Below, piece after piece: positions 10,045 through 20,308 of a DNA stretch of 24,077 nt. Where the stretch lies: positions 1-24,077 of the forward strand of contig NIVC01005164.1 of assembly GCA_002269645.1 (NCBI GenBank), given 5' to 3'. The notes under the pieces were generated by a model. That model was not told the origin of the DNA. It ran no database searches and saw only the letters and a list, made by a program, of their open reading frames with translations. The stretch's first letter is position 1. Every line of letters starts with the position of its first letter. Origin of the DNA: Macrostomum lignano (Eukaryota). A program made the position numbers and the translations under genes.

Positions 10045-10548
10045 TTCTATCCCATACAGCCAAATAAATAACTAAAGACTTGTTTACATTGAAGCTAGTA
10101 TCTCTGCGAGTCACACACTGTTCAAATTAAAGTACCACTAGTCTTGCACAAAGTCTAGATTGATTTGAGTATTCAATGATCTACAGAGTAACTAAACCTT
10201 TATTTCTGGCTCACATAATCGATAGCATTTGATTGGCCAAATCGTTGTACACGCAGCTAAGCTGAATGAAATCAACCAATCGATTGCTTAACTTTAGGCG
10301 GCCAGTTTTTAACTTAACAGATGTACATCCACCAGACATTTACAATGCTGCACTCGTCTGAAAATTTCATGCCCGCAAGCAGGCCAACTATAAGGTTCAA
10401 TGAAAATGTACAATCATGCACTACAAACTCAGTAAACATCTCACAGTGATAGGAAAATCCACTCTATCCTAGCATAAAACAACGCCAACAAACTTCAAAT
10501 AAAGTTATATTCTATCATCAGTTTTATAGCACTTTTGATAGCTCTGCA

Positions 10549-12654
10549 ATGCCTTCAACGGCTTTAACTCATTCGGAGAATCGATTGAAAGTATGCCTGA
10601 TCTGCTTTAAAAAAGGAGCATCTCATGAACCTATTCGTGACGCAAATCTACAACGCATCAATCGAAATTTTATCGAAGATATTGACATCACTGATGAAAG
10701 TCTTCCAGCATCTTTGTGCGCTCGGTGTCGCAAACTTCTTCTTGATGTCGACAGTGGTAGAAAGCCAGTGGATGCTCTGCCCCAACCATATGACTTCTCA
10801 AAAGTGAAGCAGACAGCAGTCACACGACAGAATCCCCTGTGCCATTGTGATCTGTGTGAAGTCGCCCGGATGACTCCGATTGGTCAGGGGCTTGGCTCTG
10901 CCAAAGTTCCGGCTCACCCGATTGGCCGGCCGAAGAAATCCAACGACCAGCTGCCTGTAGCTTTGCCAGCTAAAATCTGCCGACGCTGCCTTTGCATCCT
11001 CCGGCGAGGAGTCAGTCACTGCTGTACCATCACTCAACGCAGGGAAAACCTGTGCACAGAGTACTCTGTGGACCAGCGAGGGGCTGAGATGCACGCAGCC
11101 AAAGTAATCAAAAGAAAAGCTGTCGATGCGCACGGTGCTGCTCCAATTCAACTGGCAACTCGTGGGCGTAATCTAACACTCAGTCTCCTAGCCCCATCAC
11201 AAGCTAAAAACTCGGCTGCTTTTTACGATTCGCCGATCTCAGCATCTGAAATGAGCTGCTTTCAGCAGGCGCTGAGTCTAAGCAGACGGCAAACGAGGAC
11301 TGCAGCGCAATTCTTCCGTAAGTGGAAAGGGCGGAAGTCAATTGAAGCAGGCCTGGAGTCGAAGTTGCAGCAGCTGGACAGCAGCCTCAGCGAGTATTTT
11401 TCGGTGACCGATGCAGAGTTTGAGATCAGCGGCGGTCAGAAGAAGCGCTGCTCCGTCGTATTCTGCAGGGACCCAGCAGGTCTCATTGATTACATGCTGC
11501 AACACCGGAGGGCGCCTTTTGGTTCTGAGTTCGTTGCAAAAGTTGGAATGGACAGTGGTGGTGATTTTCTGAAAATCTGTCTCAGCCTCATAGTTGACAC
11601 ATCAACTGATGCAAGTGACTTCGAGACTCAGGCTGCCGATGTCTGCTCAAGCCACTTTGCCGAAGGAGGTGTCAAGAGACTCATGCTACTAGGAATTGTT
11701 CAAGGAGTGAAAGAAACGTATGCCAACCTTAAGACCATGCTGGATCTTTTGAATATGAAAGGCGTCCGATATTACTGCTCGATGGACATGAAGATGGCCA
11801 ACATCTTCCTTGGGCTTCAGGCATGCAGCAGCTTGCATCCGTGTCCTTGGTGCGAGTGCAGGCGGAACCTTTTTGGTGATGCGCATCGTGACATCCAGCT
11901 GCGGACGCTCGGTGCCATTCGAAGAAATGCAGCCCAGTATCAGCAGGCAGCTCGGCAGCATCGGGGCAGTTTGCAGCTTGGAGCTGCCAACTTCAAGAAT
12001 TGTGTGCATGATCCACTAACAGATCTGCCTGACGACACCGAGGTTCTAACGATCGTGCCTCCAATGGAACTGCACCTGATGCTGGGAATTACCAACCGGC
12101 TGCTGGAAGAACTGGACACGCGACTCCAAGCGACAAATGACTGTTCGGTGCGCATTGATGACTGGCTTGCTCGACTGGGAGTTCAGCGACAGCCTCAGCA
12201 TGGCAGGCAGATAAACGGCAATGACTGCGCAAAGGTGCTGGAGTCAGTAGATCAGTTGGAGCAGATGGTCCGAGACTGCGATGCTTGCCTGGGAATGCCC
12301 GTTGTGTTTGCTCTGCGGTGCTTTCGAGAGGTAAAGAGAACCTGCTTCAGCCTTGAACTGCGCGATGGCTTCGAGACCGCCGTGGCTCACTTTGCTCAGG
12401 CTTACGCGGATCTCGGTATTAGCACCACGCCGAAGGTGCACGCGCTGATTGACCACGTGGTGCCTTTCCTCTCAAGCGCTGACAACAGGGAAGCCCGACA
12501 TGGACTAGGCTTTTGGTCTGAGCAAGCTGGCGAAGCTGTGCATCGCGATTTCAACAGCCTGTGGTGCCGCAGCTACAAAGTTAGTCCTACAAATCCTCAG
12601 TATGCACAACAGCTGCTGAAGTGCACTGTTGCGTACTGCTCGCGGCATTTGTGA
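10549..12654 (+). CDS. Chapaev/Transib/RAG1-core-related DDE transposase (701 aa)
   Basis: N-terminal Zn-finger-like CLIC..CARC and CHCDLC. Acidic triad candidates GMDSGG, SMDMK and SEQAGEAVH. RAG1-type Zn module CPWCEC ... TPKVHALIDH, plus ELHLMLG. Confidence 0.88.
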   Translation: MPSTALTHSENRLKVCLICFKKGASHEPIRDANLQRINRNFIEDIDITDESLPASLCARCRKLLLDVDSGRKPVDALPQPYDFSKVKQTAVTRQNPLCHCDLCEVARMTPIGQGLGSAKVPAHPIGRPKKSNDQLPVALPAKICRRCLCILRRGVSHCCTITQRRENLCTEYSVDQRGAEMHAAKVIKRKAVDAHGAAPIQLATRGRNLTLSLLAPSQAKNSAAFYDSPISASEMSCFQQALSLSRRQTRTAAQFFRKWKGRKSIEAGLESKLQQLDSSLSEYFSVTDAEFEISGGQKKRCSVVFCRDPAGLIDYMLQHRRAPFGSEFVAKVGMDSGGDFLKICLSLIVDTSTDASDFETQAADVCSSHFAEGGVKRLMLLGIVQGVKETYANLKTMLDLLNMKGVRYYCSMDMKMANIFLGLQACSSLHPCPWCECRRNLFGDAHRDIQLRTLGAIRRNAAQYQQAARQHRGSLQLGAANFKNCVHDPLTDLPDDTEVLTIVPPMELHLMLGITNRLLEELDTRLQATNDCSVRIDDWLARLGVQRQPQHGRQINGNDCAKVLESVDQLEQMVRDCDACLGMPVVFALRCFREVKRTCFSLELRDGFETAVAHFAQAYADLGISTTPKVHALIDHVVPFLSSADNREARHGLGFWSEQAGEAVHRDFNSLWCRSYKVSPTNPQYAQQLLKCTVAYCSRHL

Positions 12655-12844
12655 CCTGCTTTAATAGTAAGAACATTTTCTTTTTCTAAGTCTTTTTTTG
12701 TTTGCAATAGCAGATAGAAAAAATGTGTCTTTAAGCTATCTATAATATTTGTTTATGGTAAAAACTTATTTAAAAAACACTATTTAAAGTAGCCTAATGC
12801 ACTGCATATAAGTTTTTTTATCGGCCTGATAGTTTAAGTTAAGC

Positions 12845-13085
12845 AGGTAGCTGAATTTAATACGCTGATGACCTGCAAGCTGAAATGGCAGTTTTTATGG
12901 AATGTCTTCCTGTTTTGCCAATTAAAAGTACATGAAAATTCAAAAGGTGCAATAAAACATGAAGCTATCGCAAATTTTTTTCTGTTTTTCATTTTTTTCA
13001 TCTACAGGTGTCTATGGAACAAGAAAAGTTGAATGGATTGCTTCGTACTTTTTTTCTCCCTAAAAGATGTTCCATGGGTGCTGTG
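12845..13085 (-). repeat. Right terminal inverted repeat (241 bp)
   Basis: Ends ...GGGTGCTGTG and is followed by the TSD AAAC. Confidence 0.95.
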
Positions 13086-13168
13086 AAACAAATAGACAAA
13101 AACAGAATTGTATAAAATGATTTTTAAAAACCTTACTACTTCTAAAAAACAACTCTTTCTCTTTCAAA

Positions 13169-14539
13169 ATGAAAACTTTTAAAAGTTGTCATAGAGACCT
13201 CTATGAGGTCTGTATAAGCTGCGAAGTGTGCCTGCTTGGAGGCGTGTCCCCAAGACACAACGAGAATGAGAACTGTCTGGTCTCATGCTGGTTGGCATGC
13301 GACCAGTGCGGCACCGTCGAAGCTCTGCAGGAGGGAAAAATTCCAGCATATCATCGAGGACACAGGATCGTCAGCGATGACAAGAAAAAGCAAGAAAGTA
13401 ACCGCTGGAAAGTAATCCGCGCCATCAAAAAGAGCAACGAGAGAGAAAAGAAGATCCAGCAGAAAAAAGGAGCCAGCAGGAGTCTGCTATCAGCTCACTT
13501 GAGTCAAGTAATTGACTCTACATTGAAGAGGATGAGGCCAAGCGGGTCTTCAGCAGCTGCAGAATTTGAAGTTGAGCTGTCTGCTGGAGTCGAGGCTGCT
13601 GGAGTCGAGGCTGCTGGAGTCGAGGCTGCTGGAGTCGAGGCTGCTGGAGTCGAGGCTGCTGGAGTCGAGGCTGCTGGAGTCGAGGCTGCTGGAGTCGAGG
13701 CTGCTGGAGTTGAGGCCGCTGGAGTCGAGGCTGCTGGAGTCGAGGCTGCTGGAGTCGAGGCTGCTGCTGTCATAAACTTCATAGAGGAAGATGTCCTGGA
13801 TCAGTTCCTCAGGGAATTCAACGCTGGTCAGCAGCAGCAGCAACCTGTCTCTTCGGTTCCGGTGATTGCTGGAAAACAACTTCATCTAATTGAAGACGAC
13901 CACGAAATGGAAATCCTAGAAGAGGAGGGCAGCGACAATGAGTCGCATAATGCAATTGTGCCACCTGCAGCTCCAGCCGCCCCAGCTGCTCTGGCCGCCC
14001 CAGCTGCTCTGGCCGCCCCAGCTGCTCTGGCCGCCCCAGCTGCTCTGGCCGCCCCAGCTGCTCTGGCCGCCCCAGCTGCTCTGGCCGCCCCAGCTGCTCT
14101 GGCCGCCCCAGCTGCTCTGGCCGCCCCAGCTGCTCTGGCCGCCCCAGCTGCTCTGGCCGCCCCAGCTGCTCTGGCCGCCCCAGCTGCTCTGGCCGCCCCA
14201 GCTGCTCTGGCCGCCCCAGCTGCTCTGGCCGCCCCAGCTGCTCTGGCCGCCCCAGCTGCTCTGGCCGCCCCAGCTGCTCCAGCCGCCCCAGCTGCTCTGG
14301 CCGCCCCAGCTGCTCTGGCCGCCCCAGCTGCTCTGGCCGCCCCAGCTGCTCCAGCCGCCCCAGCTGCTCTGGCTGCCCCAGCTGCTCCAGCCGCCCCAGC
14401 TGCAGCCTCTACAATTCCAGCTTCTCAATCCGAAACTCCACCCGTGCCAGCTGGAGTTGCCTTCTTTCTGCCTCCTGTCGGCGGGGCTGGGTACGAGGTA
14501 ACGATTTTCGAAAATCGTATTAGAATTGTGCCGCTGTGA
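13169..14539 (+). CDS. Hypothetical protein (456 aa): Cys/His-rich N-terminus, Lys-rich segment and two tandem-repeat tracts
   Basis: Long ORF with non-repetitive N- and C-terminal parts (CxxC and CxxxCxxC motifs) and an AT-rich 5' and 3' context. No family recognised. Confidence 0.6.
   Translation: MKTFKSCHRDLYEVCISCEVCLLGGVSPRHNENENCLVSCWLACDQCGTVEALQEGKIPAYHRGHRIVSDDKKKQESNRWKVIRAIKKSNEREKKIQQKKGASRSLLSAHLSQVIDSTLKRMRPSGSSAAAEFEVELSAGVEAAGVEAAGVEAAGVEAAGVEAAGVEAAGVEAAGVEAAGVEAAGVEAAGVEAAGVEAAAVINFIEEDVLDQFLREFNAGQQQQQPVSSVPVIAGKQLHLIEDDHEMEILEEEGSDNESHNAIVPPAAPAAPAALAAPAALAAPAALAAPAALAAPAALAAPAALAAPAALAAPAALAAPAALAAPAALAAPAALAAPAALAAPAALAAPAALAAPAALAAPAALAAPAAPAAPAALAAPAALAAPAALAAPAAPAAPAALAAPAAPAAPAAASTIPASQSETPPVPAGVAFFLPPVGGAGYEVTIFENRIRIVPL
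13586..13765 (+). repeat. 15-bp coding minisatellite x12 (GGAGTCGAGGCTGCT; GVEAA)
   Basis: Direct reading; the copies are almost identical. Confidence 0.95.
13978..14407 (+). repeat. 18-bp coding minisatellite, about 24 copies (GCCCCAGCTGCTCTGGCC; APAALA, with APAAPA variants)
   Basis: Direct reading. Confidence 0.95.
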
Positions 14540-15421
14540 CTAAGCAATTTTTGTACTTTTTTGCTTTCTGTGTGGAGTGAGAAATCTACCCATTTATTGC
14601 AATTATTGCTAAAACTTTATTTCAACTAGCTTTTTAAAGTTGAAAGTAGGTACATTAATTAATGATTTGATCATCTCATAACTCTGTATTCGCTTCTAGG
14701 AATCTTGCTTATAAGTTTTCAGTTTTCATTTCCAAATTAGTTTTAAAAAAAGCTCGTAGCTCGTAGTGGCAACCAATATTTTTTTGGTATCCGAGGTAAA
14801 AAAAAATATTTGAAAAGTAGGTGAAACATTATACAGTTGAATTTAACAAATTAAAATCAACATAACATACTTTCAATAAATTGGTGATGTTTCGTATGCT
14901 TGGTGCGATTGATTAGGTATAATTTTCTTTCTACTGCTTTGACGCGGTGTTTCCTCATTCTTTAATTATTGAACTTTTCAGCTATATTTCTGCTTCTAAA
15001 CTCTCGTCTGTATTTGTAATTCATTGTTCCATGCATTGTTTATTGACTATGATTGCACCATGTGAATTCGATAATTTTTTTTAAAAATATATATATAATG
15101 TCAGCATTTTTCCACTCGGTGATTGGTTTGTTAATTAACTATTGGCTTCATTTTGCATTTTTTACCGATTGAGTCTGCGTAGGAGGCAAATAGAAACGAA
15201 CTTTTACGAATAGGGATCAATAGAATATGCATGCAGAGAGCTAGCTTAAGGGAGAACCAAAAAAATATAACCAGCATCTACTAGCTTGTAAGTGTGGATA
15301 TTGTACCAGTATTGCAGCAATAAAGACTTACGAAAAAGATTTCCAATATTCACTCCCAGTTGCTTATGACACTCAGTTGCAGCCAGTAAACACTGTCAGC
15401 TTTTAACTGCTTGCCTTTTCT

Positions 15422-15860
15422 ATGGTTGAGCACTCCTGGATGGAGCAGGAGAATGACCACTCATGGATGGAGAATGACCATTCATGGATGGAGAATGACC
15501 ACTCATGGATGGAGAATGACCACTCATGGATGGAGAATGACCACTGATGGATGGAGAATGACCACTCATGGATGGAGAATGGCTACTCGTGGATGGAGGA
15601 TGACCACTCGTGGATCGAGTATGACCACCCTTGGGTGGACCATGACGTCAGCAGCGAGTCAGCAGCCAGCAGCGAGTCGGCAGCCAGCAGCGAGTCGGCA
15701 GCCAGCAGCGAGTCGGCAGCCAGCAGCGAGTCGGCAGCCAGCAGCGAGTCAGCAGCCAGCAGCGAGTCAGCAGCCAGCAGCGAGTCAGCAGCCAGCAGCG
15801 AGTCAGCAGCCAGCAGCGAGTCAGCAGCCAACAGCGAGTCGGTGACTGATGCACACCAAG
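15422..15860 (+). CDS. Predicted first exon of pPolB, made of WMENDHS heptads and SSESAA repeats; contains one TCA>TGA stop at 15545-15547
   Basis: ATG at 15422. The frame is open except for the TGA, which sits where other units have TCA. It ends at a consensus donor CAAG|gtaagt (phase 1). Confidence 0.55.
15437..15649 (+). repeat. 21-bp repeat, about 10 units (TGGATGGAGAATGACCACTCA), degenerating to the right
   Basis: Direct reading. Confidence 0.92.
15650..15841 (+). repeat. 18-bp repeat, about 10.7 units (AGCAGCGAGTCRGCAGCC; SSESAA)
   Basis: Direct reading. Confidence 0.95.
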
Positions 15861-16076
15861 GTAAGTGCCTTTATTTATCCTTTTCAACTTACTTAAAAAT
15901 TTTCTTATCAATGCGATGTATATTATGCAGTCTAAAATTTTAGTCCAAAGAATGGGAGAAGGGGAGATAAAAGACTTTATACCGGTAGGGTTGTACATGT
16001 ATGCTTGGGTACAGACGTTTAGTTTAGTATCTTTGGCAGCAAAAAACAAAAATATTATCCTAAAACCACAAACCAG
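15861..16076 (+). other. Predicted GT-AG intron (216 nt) in the pPolB gene
   Basis: gtaagt donor, AT-rich body and accag|GT acceptor. Splicing gives G|GT (Gly), in frame with the PolB reading frame, which is closed by TAA at 16061. Confidence 0.55.
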
Positions 16077-19000
16077 GTTCAACAGTCAGCTTCAGCAGAG
16101 TTGCCCAAGCCTATGATCAATCACTGGAAATACTGAGGCTCAGATCGAGTCACCCAGACACGCTTCCGTCAGAATTTTTTGTCCAAGCTGGAGACAAAAT
16201 TATTGAGGCAGTTCAGCAAAGAATTTCAAGACATCATTACAAAGTTCAGCTAAAGGCGAATATTCGAATGGTCCGAATAAGAGATGGGGAGATGCTTGCC
16301 GAAGAGGACAGATGGATAAGCTGTAAAATGCAAGCCCTAGACCTAGGTGGTGAAGCAGGCCGTTTAAACAACTGGTTGATTGAGCAGGAGCAGGAGTTGG
16401 AGAGGATCTGTAGTATGATTAATACGAACGGCAGTGGCTGGACAATTAAACAAATTAATTTTCTAGACATCAACCTTGCCAGGTACAATCCAATTCGATT
16501 TCGCCAGGGCAGAGCCGTTAGATTCAATCTTCCTGCCAGTTTGAAGAACAAAAAGGCTGTTATCAATCCACCGAGCACAGGCAAAGACTGTTTCCTGTAC
16601 GCCTGTCTCGCTGCACTGCACAGCGCCGATCCGAAAGTTCAGAAATCGCCCAACAGAATATCCTCTTACGATGAATGGTTGCGTGAGCTGGACTTTGCAG
16701 AAATCTCCATGCCAGTGAGTGTCGCTGATATCGATCGCGTCGAGTCTAACAATCCAGGAATTTGCATTTCTGCGTTCTCTTGGCAGCAGGGCAGTGTGAC
16801 TCTTCTCCGTCGCCGCAAGCATGAGTCAGATGACCGAAGACACCTCATGCTTTTGCTGTTAAAGACAGCTACGGATCGGAGCACTGGTGTGCAATTACTA
16901 ATTTTGACAGGTTAATGAACAGTCGTAATGGTCCCGCCATGAGGAAGTGGTGCACGAAATGTTTAACATCATTTTATAGCAACGAGAGGCTTCAAGAGCA
17001 CAGGAACGAATGCAGCATTACTGCAGAAAATCCTGTCAAAGAAACGCTTCCAGTTCCAGGACAGAATGAAATAAAGTTCCAAACTGTCAAAACACTGTCA
17101 GTCCACCATTCGTTGCCTATGCCGACCTGGAAGCCATTTTGCGAGCGAACACAGACCCTGCTAACCTGATCTCAAAGCATGAACCATGTGCAGCAGCTTT
17201 TCTTGCAGTGCCTCGTGAAGGCATGACAGGACCTCCGCTTAGGCCAGAAGGAGACATGTACAAGGTCTTTTGCAATGCGGACCCTGATGAGTGTATCCTT
17301 GGTTTTCTCAAATCTCTTGAAAGCCTGGCTCAGGATATATTTCACTGGAACCAGAAGCATAGCCACCAGCCGGCTGACCGATCATCCGCGACCGTCATGG
17401 ATGATTTCAATTCTGCTGAGGTATGTCACTACTGCAAGAAGAACTTTAAAAGTTCTACAGATAAACATTTTGACCACGATCATTTAAATGGACAGTACAA
17501 AGGTGCAGCATGTCAAGAATGCAACCTGCGAGCACAGCTCCGACGCCGGTTTCTGCCCCTGGTTTTTCACAACTTAGGCGGCTACGACCTTCATCTTCTA
17601 CTTTCCACTGCGCTTGGGAGCATGAAAAATTGGAAACTTAGTGTTGTTCCGCAATCATCCGAGCGATACTTGTCACTAAGGGCGGAATTCCCGTTGCAAG
17701 TTACGTAAAGAACGGAAAAGTTGTGCCAATCATGTTTACAATTCAGTTCATCGACTCGCTCTGCTTTTTGAAGGGAAGTTTGTCCAATTTGTTTGCTAAT
17801 CTTCCCGAAGCTGAATGCAAGCTGACAATGCAAATGCTTGAGTCAAGACCACATCTTTCAAGAGAGCTACTTCGAAAAAAAGGGATTTCCCATATGATTA
17901 CCTCACAGGATTTGAGATTCTCGAGCAGTCGGTTTTGCCGCCTAAAGATGCTTTTTTTAATCGACTTTCCGATAGGGGAATTTCCGACGACGACTACAAT
18001 AGAGCAAGAGCGGCATGGGCGGCATTTCAATGCAAAAGTTTGAAGGATTATATGCTCGCCTATCTTGAAATGGATGTAAGGCAGCTGGCTGACATTTTCG
18101 AGACATTCCGACAGGCCAGTCTGAAAGAGGACGGATTGGATCCGGTACACTACTTTACTACTCCTGGTTTGTCTTACGACTCAGCTCTAAAGTCGACTGG
18201 AGTGGTTCTAGAGCAGCTGACTGATGCTGACATGTATCATCTGTTTGAGAAGGGAATACGAGGAGGCATGTCCTTCATTAATGTGCATTGCGTCAAAGGT
18301 AATAATCCTAGCTTGCCAGGTTATGATGATCAGCAAGAGAGTGTAAGCCTCATGCCGATCGATATGAACAACTTGTATGGCTTTGCCCTGTCGCTTCCGC
18401 TTCCATGCAGGGAATTCAGGTGGGTACCGGAACAGGAAATCCAGTTCTGGGACTCCAATCGGTTTCTGTCACTCAATCCAGAAGCCGAGATCGCCTACCT
18501 TGTTCAACTCGATCTAGAATACCCAGCTGAGATTCACGATTCGACTCAGGAGTTACCGTTTGCACCTGAAAAATCAAAACCACAGCCAGATCAATTCTCG
18601 CCGTACATGGCCGAACTATGGAAAGAGATTGCTGAACAGCGAACTGGCAATGCTGAAGCTAAGTTTCAAGCAACGGAGAAGCTTCTACTCACCTGTACCG
18701 ACAAGGATTCTTACGTAGTTCACAGCACCGTTTTAAGATTTTACCTGCAACACGGAATGCGGATCAAGTGCGTCAAAAAAATGATTTCGTTCAAGCAGGA
18801 AAATATTTTCGCGCCGTACATTGCCAGCAACAATGAAAAAAGAGCTTTGGCAACTTCCGAGTTTGCTAAGGATTTTTACAAATTGAAAAACAATTCTCTC
18901 TTTGGAAAAACTATGGAGAACGTTCGAAAAAGATGCGATGTTCGAATTTGCACTAACCAGACTCAAGCAGAAACTTGCGCCTCTCGACCAAACTGTGCCG

Positions 19001-19722
19001 CATTCTCGATTATCAATGAGTCGTTGAGCATTTTTCAGCTCAAAAAAGATAAAGTCACGCTTGACAAGGCCATTTTCGTTGGCCAGGCAGTTCTCGATCT
19101 CTCTAAGATGGCCATGTACAGCCTACTATATGACAGGCTCCGACCGCTGTTCTGTCATTCAGACGGTTCCAGAGACATGATGCTTTGCGGAGGTGATACT
19201 GACTCATTTTTTCTAGCTTTCAAGAATCATGATTTAACATCGGAGGTAATCCCGAAGCTTAGAGAGGAAAAAATACTTGACACATCCAACTATTCTCGAG
19301 ACCATCCGCATTTCTCTGAAGAGTTAAAAGGAAAGCTGGGCTGCGTTAAAGATGAATCTGCTGGTGGAATTTACCAGGAGTGGATTCTTTTGCGTCCAAA
19401 ACTTTATTCGTTTCTCCCTGCCGAGAATTCGAGTGCAAAGATCAAGAAAACTGCCAAAGGCGTGAAGCAGTCAGTAGTAAGACAGCAAATTTCGCATGCG
19501 AACTATGTCGACGCGTTCGAGTCCAAGCAAGAGCAGATGGTTGCCATGACAGCGATTGTTTCCAAGAAACACGAAATCTTCACGTCGGTCATGGAGAAAA
19601 GAAGCCTATCGGTGTGGGAGGATAAGCGAGTGTGGCTTAGCAGTAATCGAAGCCTGCCCTACGGACACTATGCGCTGACGCCCGCATCCCACGATCAGCT
19701 GAAGCGCATCCGACTGGTCTAG
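16077..19722 (+). CDS. polB: Protein-primed family B DNA polymerase (Maverick pPolB), split by four apparent 1-nt deletions (about 16862, 17082, 17691 and 17888)
   Basis: After frame repair: NKKAVINP..DCF.YA, HWCAI, a C2H2-like CTKC..H..C, ExoI YADLE, an EndoVII-like CHYC..DHDH..ACQECN, ExoII HNLGGYD, FIDS, KGIFPYDY, YLEMDV, motif A DMNNLYG, motif B KLKNNSLFGK, motif C GDTDS, RPKLY and KTAKGVK. Confidence 0.93.
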
Positions 19723-20296
19723 TGCGGGTGTTTAACAGACTGTTTAGTACTTTTTCTTGCTTTTAGAGTTGTTTAAATTGCCAAATTCTGTTTTAAATGT
19801 AGTGACTTGCATGTAGTAACTTTTACAAATTTGTATGCTTGGCTAATTGCGCTAGATTTAGCTGTCAATTTGTTTTTGCGGCGTGAAATATTGATATCAA
19901 TTTAAGTTTTACTTTTTATAAAGCTGTGGCAAGTGCGCTCATACAATATTAATTCATTTTTGTTTGCTTTGTGTACTACTTGTTTAAAATGTGTTTTTGG
20001 TTTTTATCTGACATAAATTGTTCCTGTAAATTCAATCAGCGTTTTAATCATATTTTCTCTATCACTTTTCTATTTCTCTTCTCTCGGTGCACATCGTTTG
20101 TTATAACGATGGTAGTATTGTTTACTTTCGGATTTGATATGCGTTTTGCGATACTTTTGGTGATGGGCTAAATACGTTTTTGAAGTGTTCCATAGCTGTC
20201 TGCCTGGGAAAATGAATGTAAAGAATACTAAGTTTATCCTTTTATTCACTTTTCACTAATCATTGAAATATTTGCGGCAAATTGCTTGACTTGACT

Positions 20297-20308
20297 TTTA
20301 TTTTTATT
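20297..20308 (-). promoter_or_regulatory. Tandem AATAAA polyadenylation signals overlapping the TBP-like stop codon; another at 20241-20246
   Basis: The minus strand reads GAATAAAAATAAAA at the end of the ORF. Confidence 0.5.

Larger units (their letters stand above)
9804..13085 (+). mobile_element. Chapaev-like (RAG1/Transib-related) DDE DNA transposon, complete, 3282 bp
   Basis: 241-bp TIRs starting CACAGCACCC, a 4-bp TSD AAAC (9800-9803 and 13086-13089) and a single intact transposase ORF. CAC ends with a 4-bp TSD fit Chapaev rather than Transib (5 bp). Confidence 0.88.

Noticed and set aside
9804-13085. Classification as Transib or ProtoRAG
   Set aside because: The TSD is 4 bp (AAAC) and the 5-bp flanks do not match (TAAAC versus AAACA). 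The TIRs are long and symmetric, and there is no RAG2-like ORF.
13504-14501. Alternative-frame and antisense ORFs (AASTP, LDSSS, LLESR, SSWGGQ and PPQLLW repeats)
   Set aside because: They are by-products of stop-free 15- and 18-bp tandem repeats and have no unique coding sequence outside the arrays.
15545-15547. Alternative genetic code or selenocysteine at the in-frame TGA
   Set aside because: Neighbouring repeat units have TCA at this position, and TGA, TAA and TAG terminate other genes in the window normally.
5443-15841. CRISPR-like arrays among the short repeats
   Set aside because: The repeats are head-to-tail with no unique spacers, there are no cas genes, and the context is eukaryotic.
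15411-16082. ORFs 15411..15845, 15583..15831 and 15648..16082
   Set aside because: Shadow frames of the 21- and 18-bp repeats. Only the 15422 frame has an ATG plus a phase-compatible splice donor.
19971-20200. Possible small gene between PolB and TBP
   Set aside because: Only short broken frames on either strand in T-rich DNA. It is better explained as the convergent 3' UTR and termination region.
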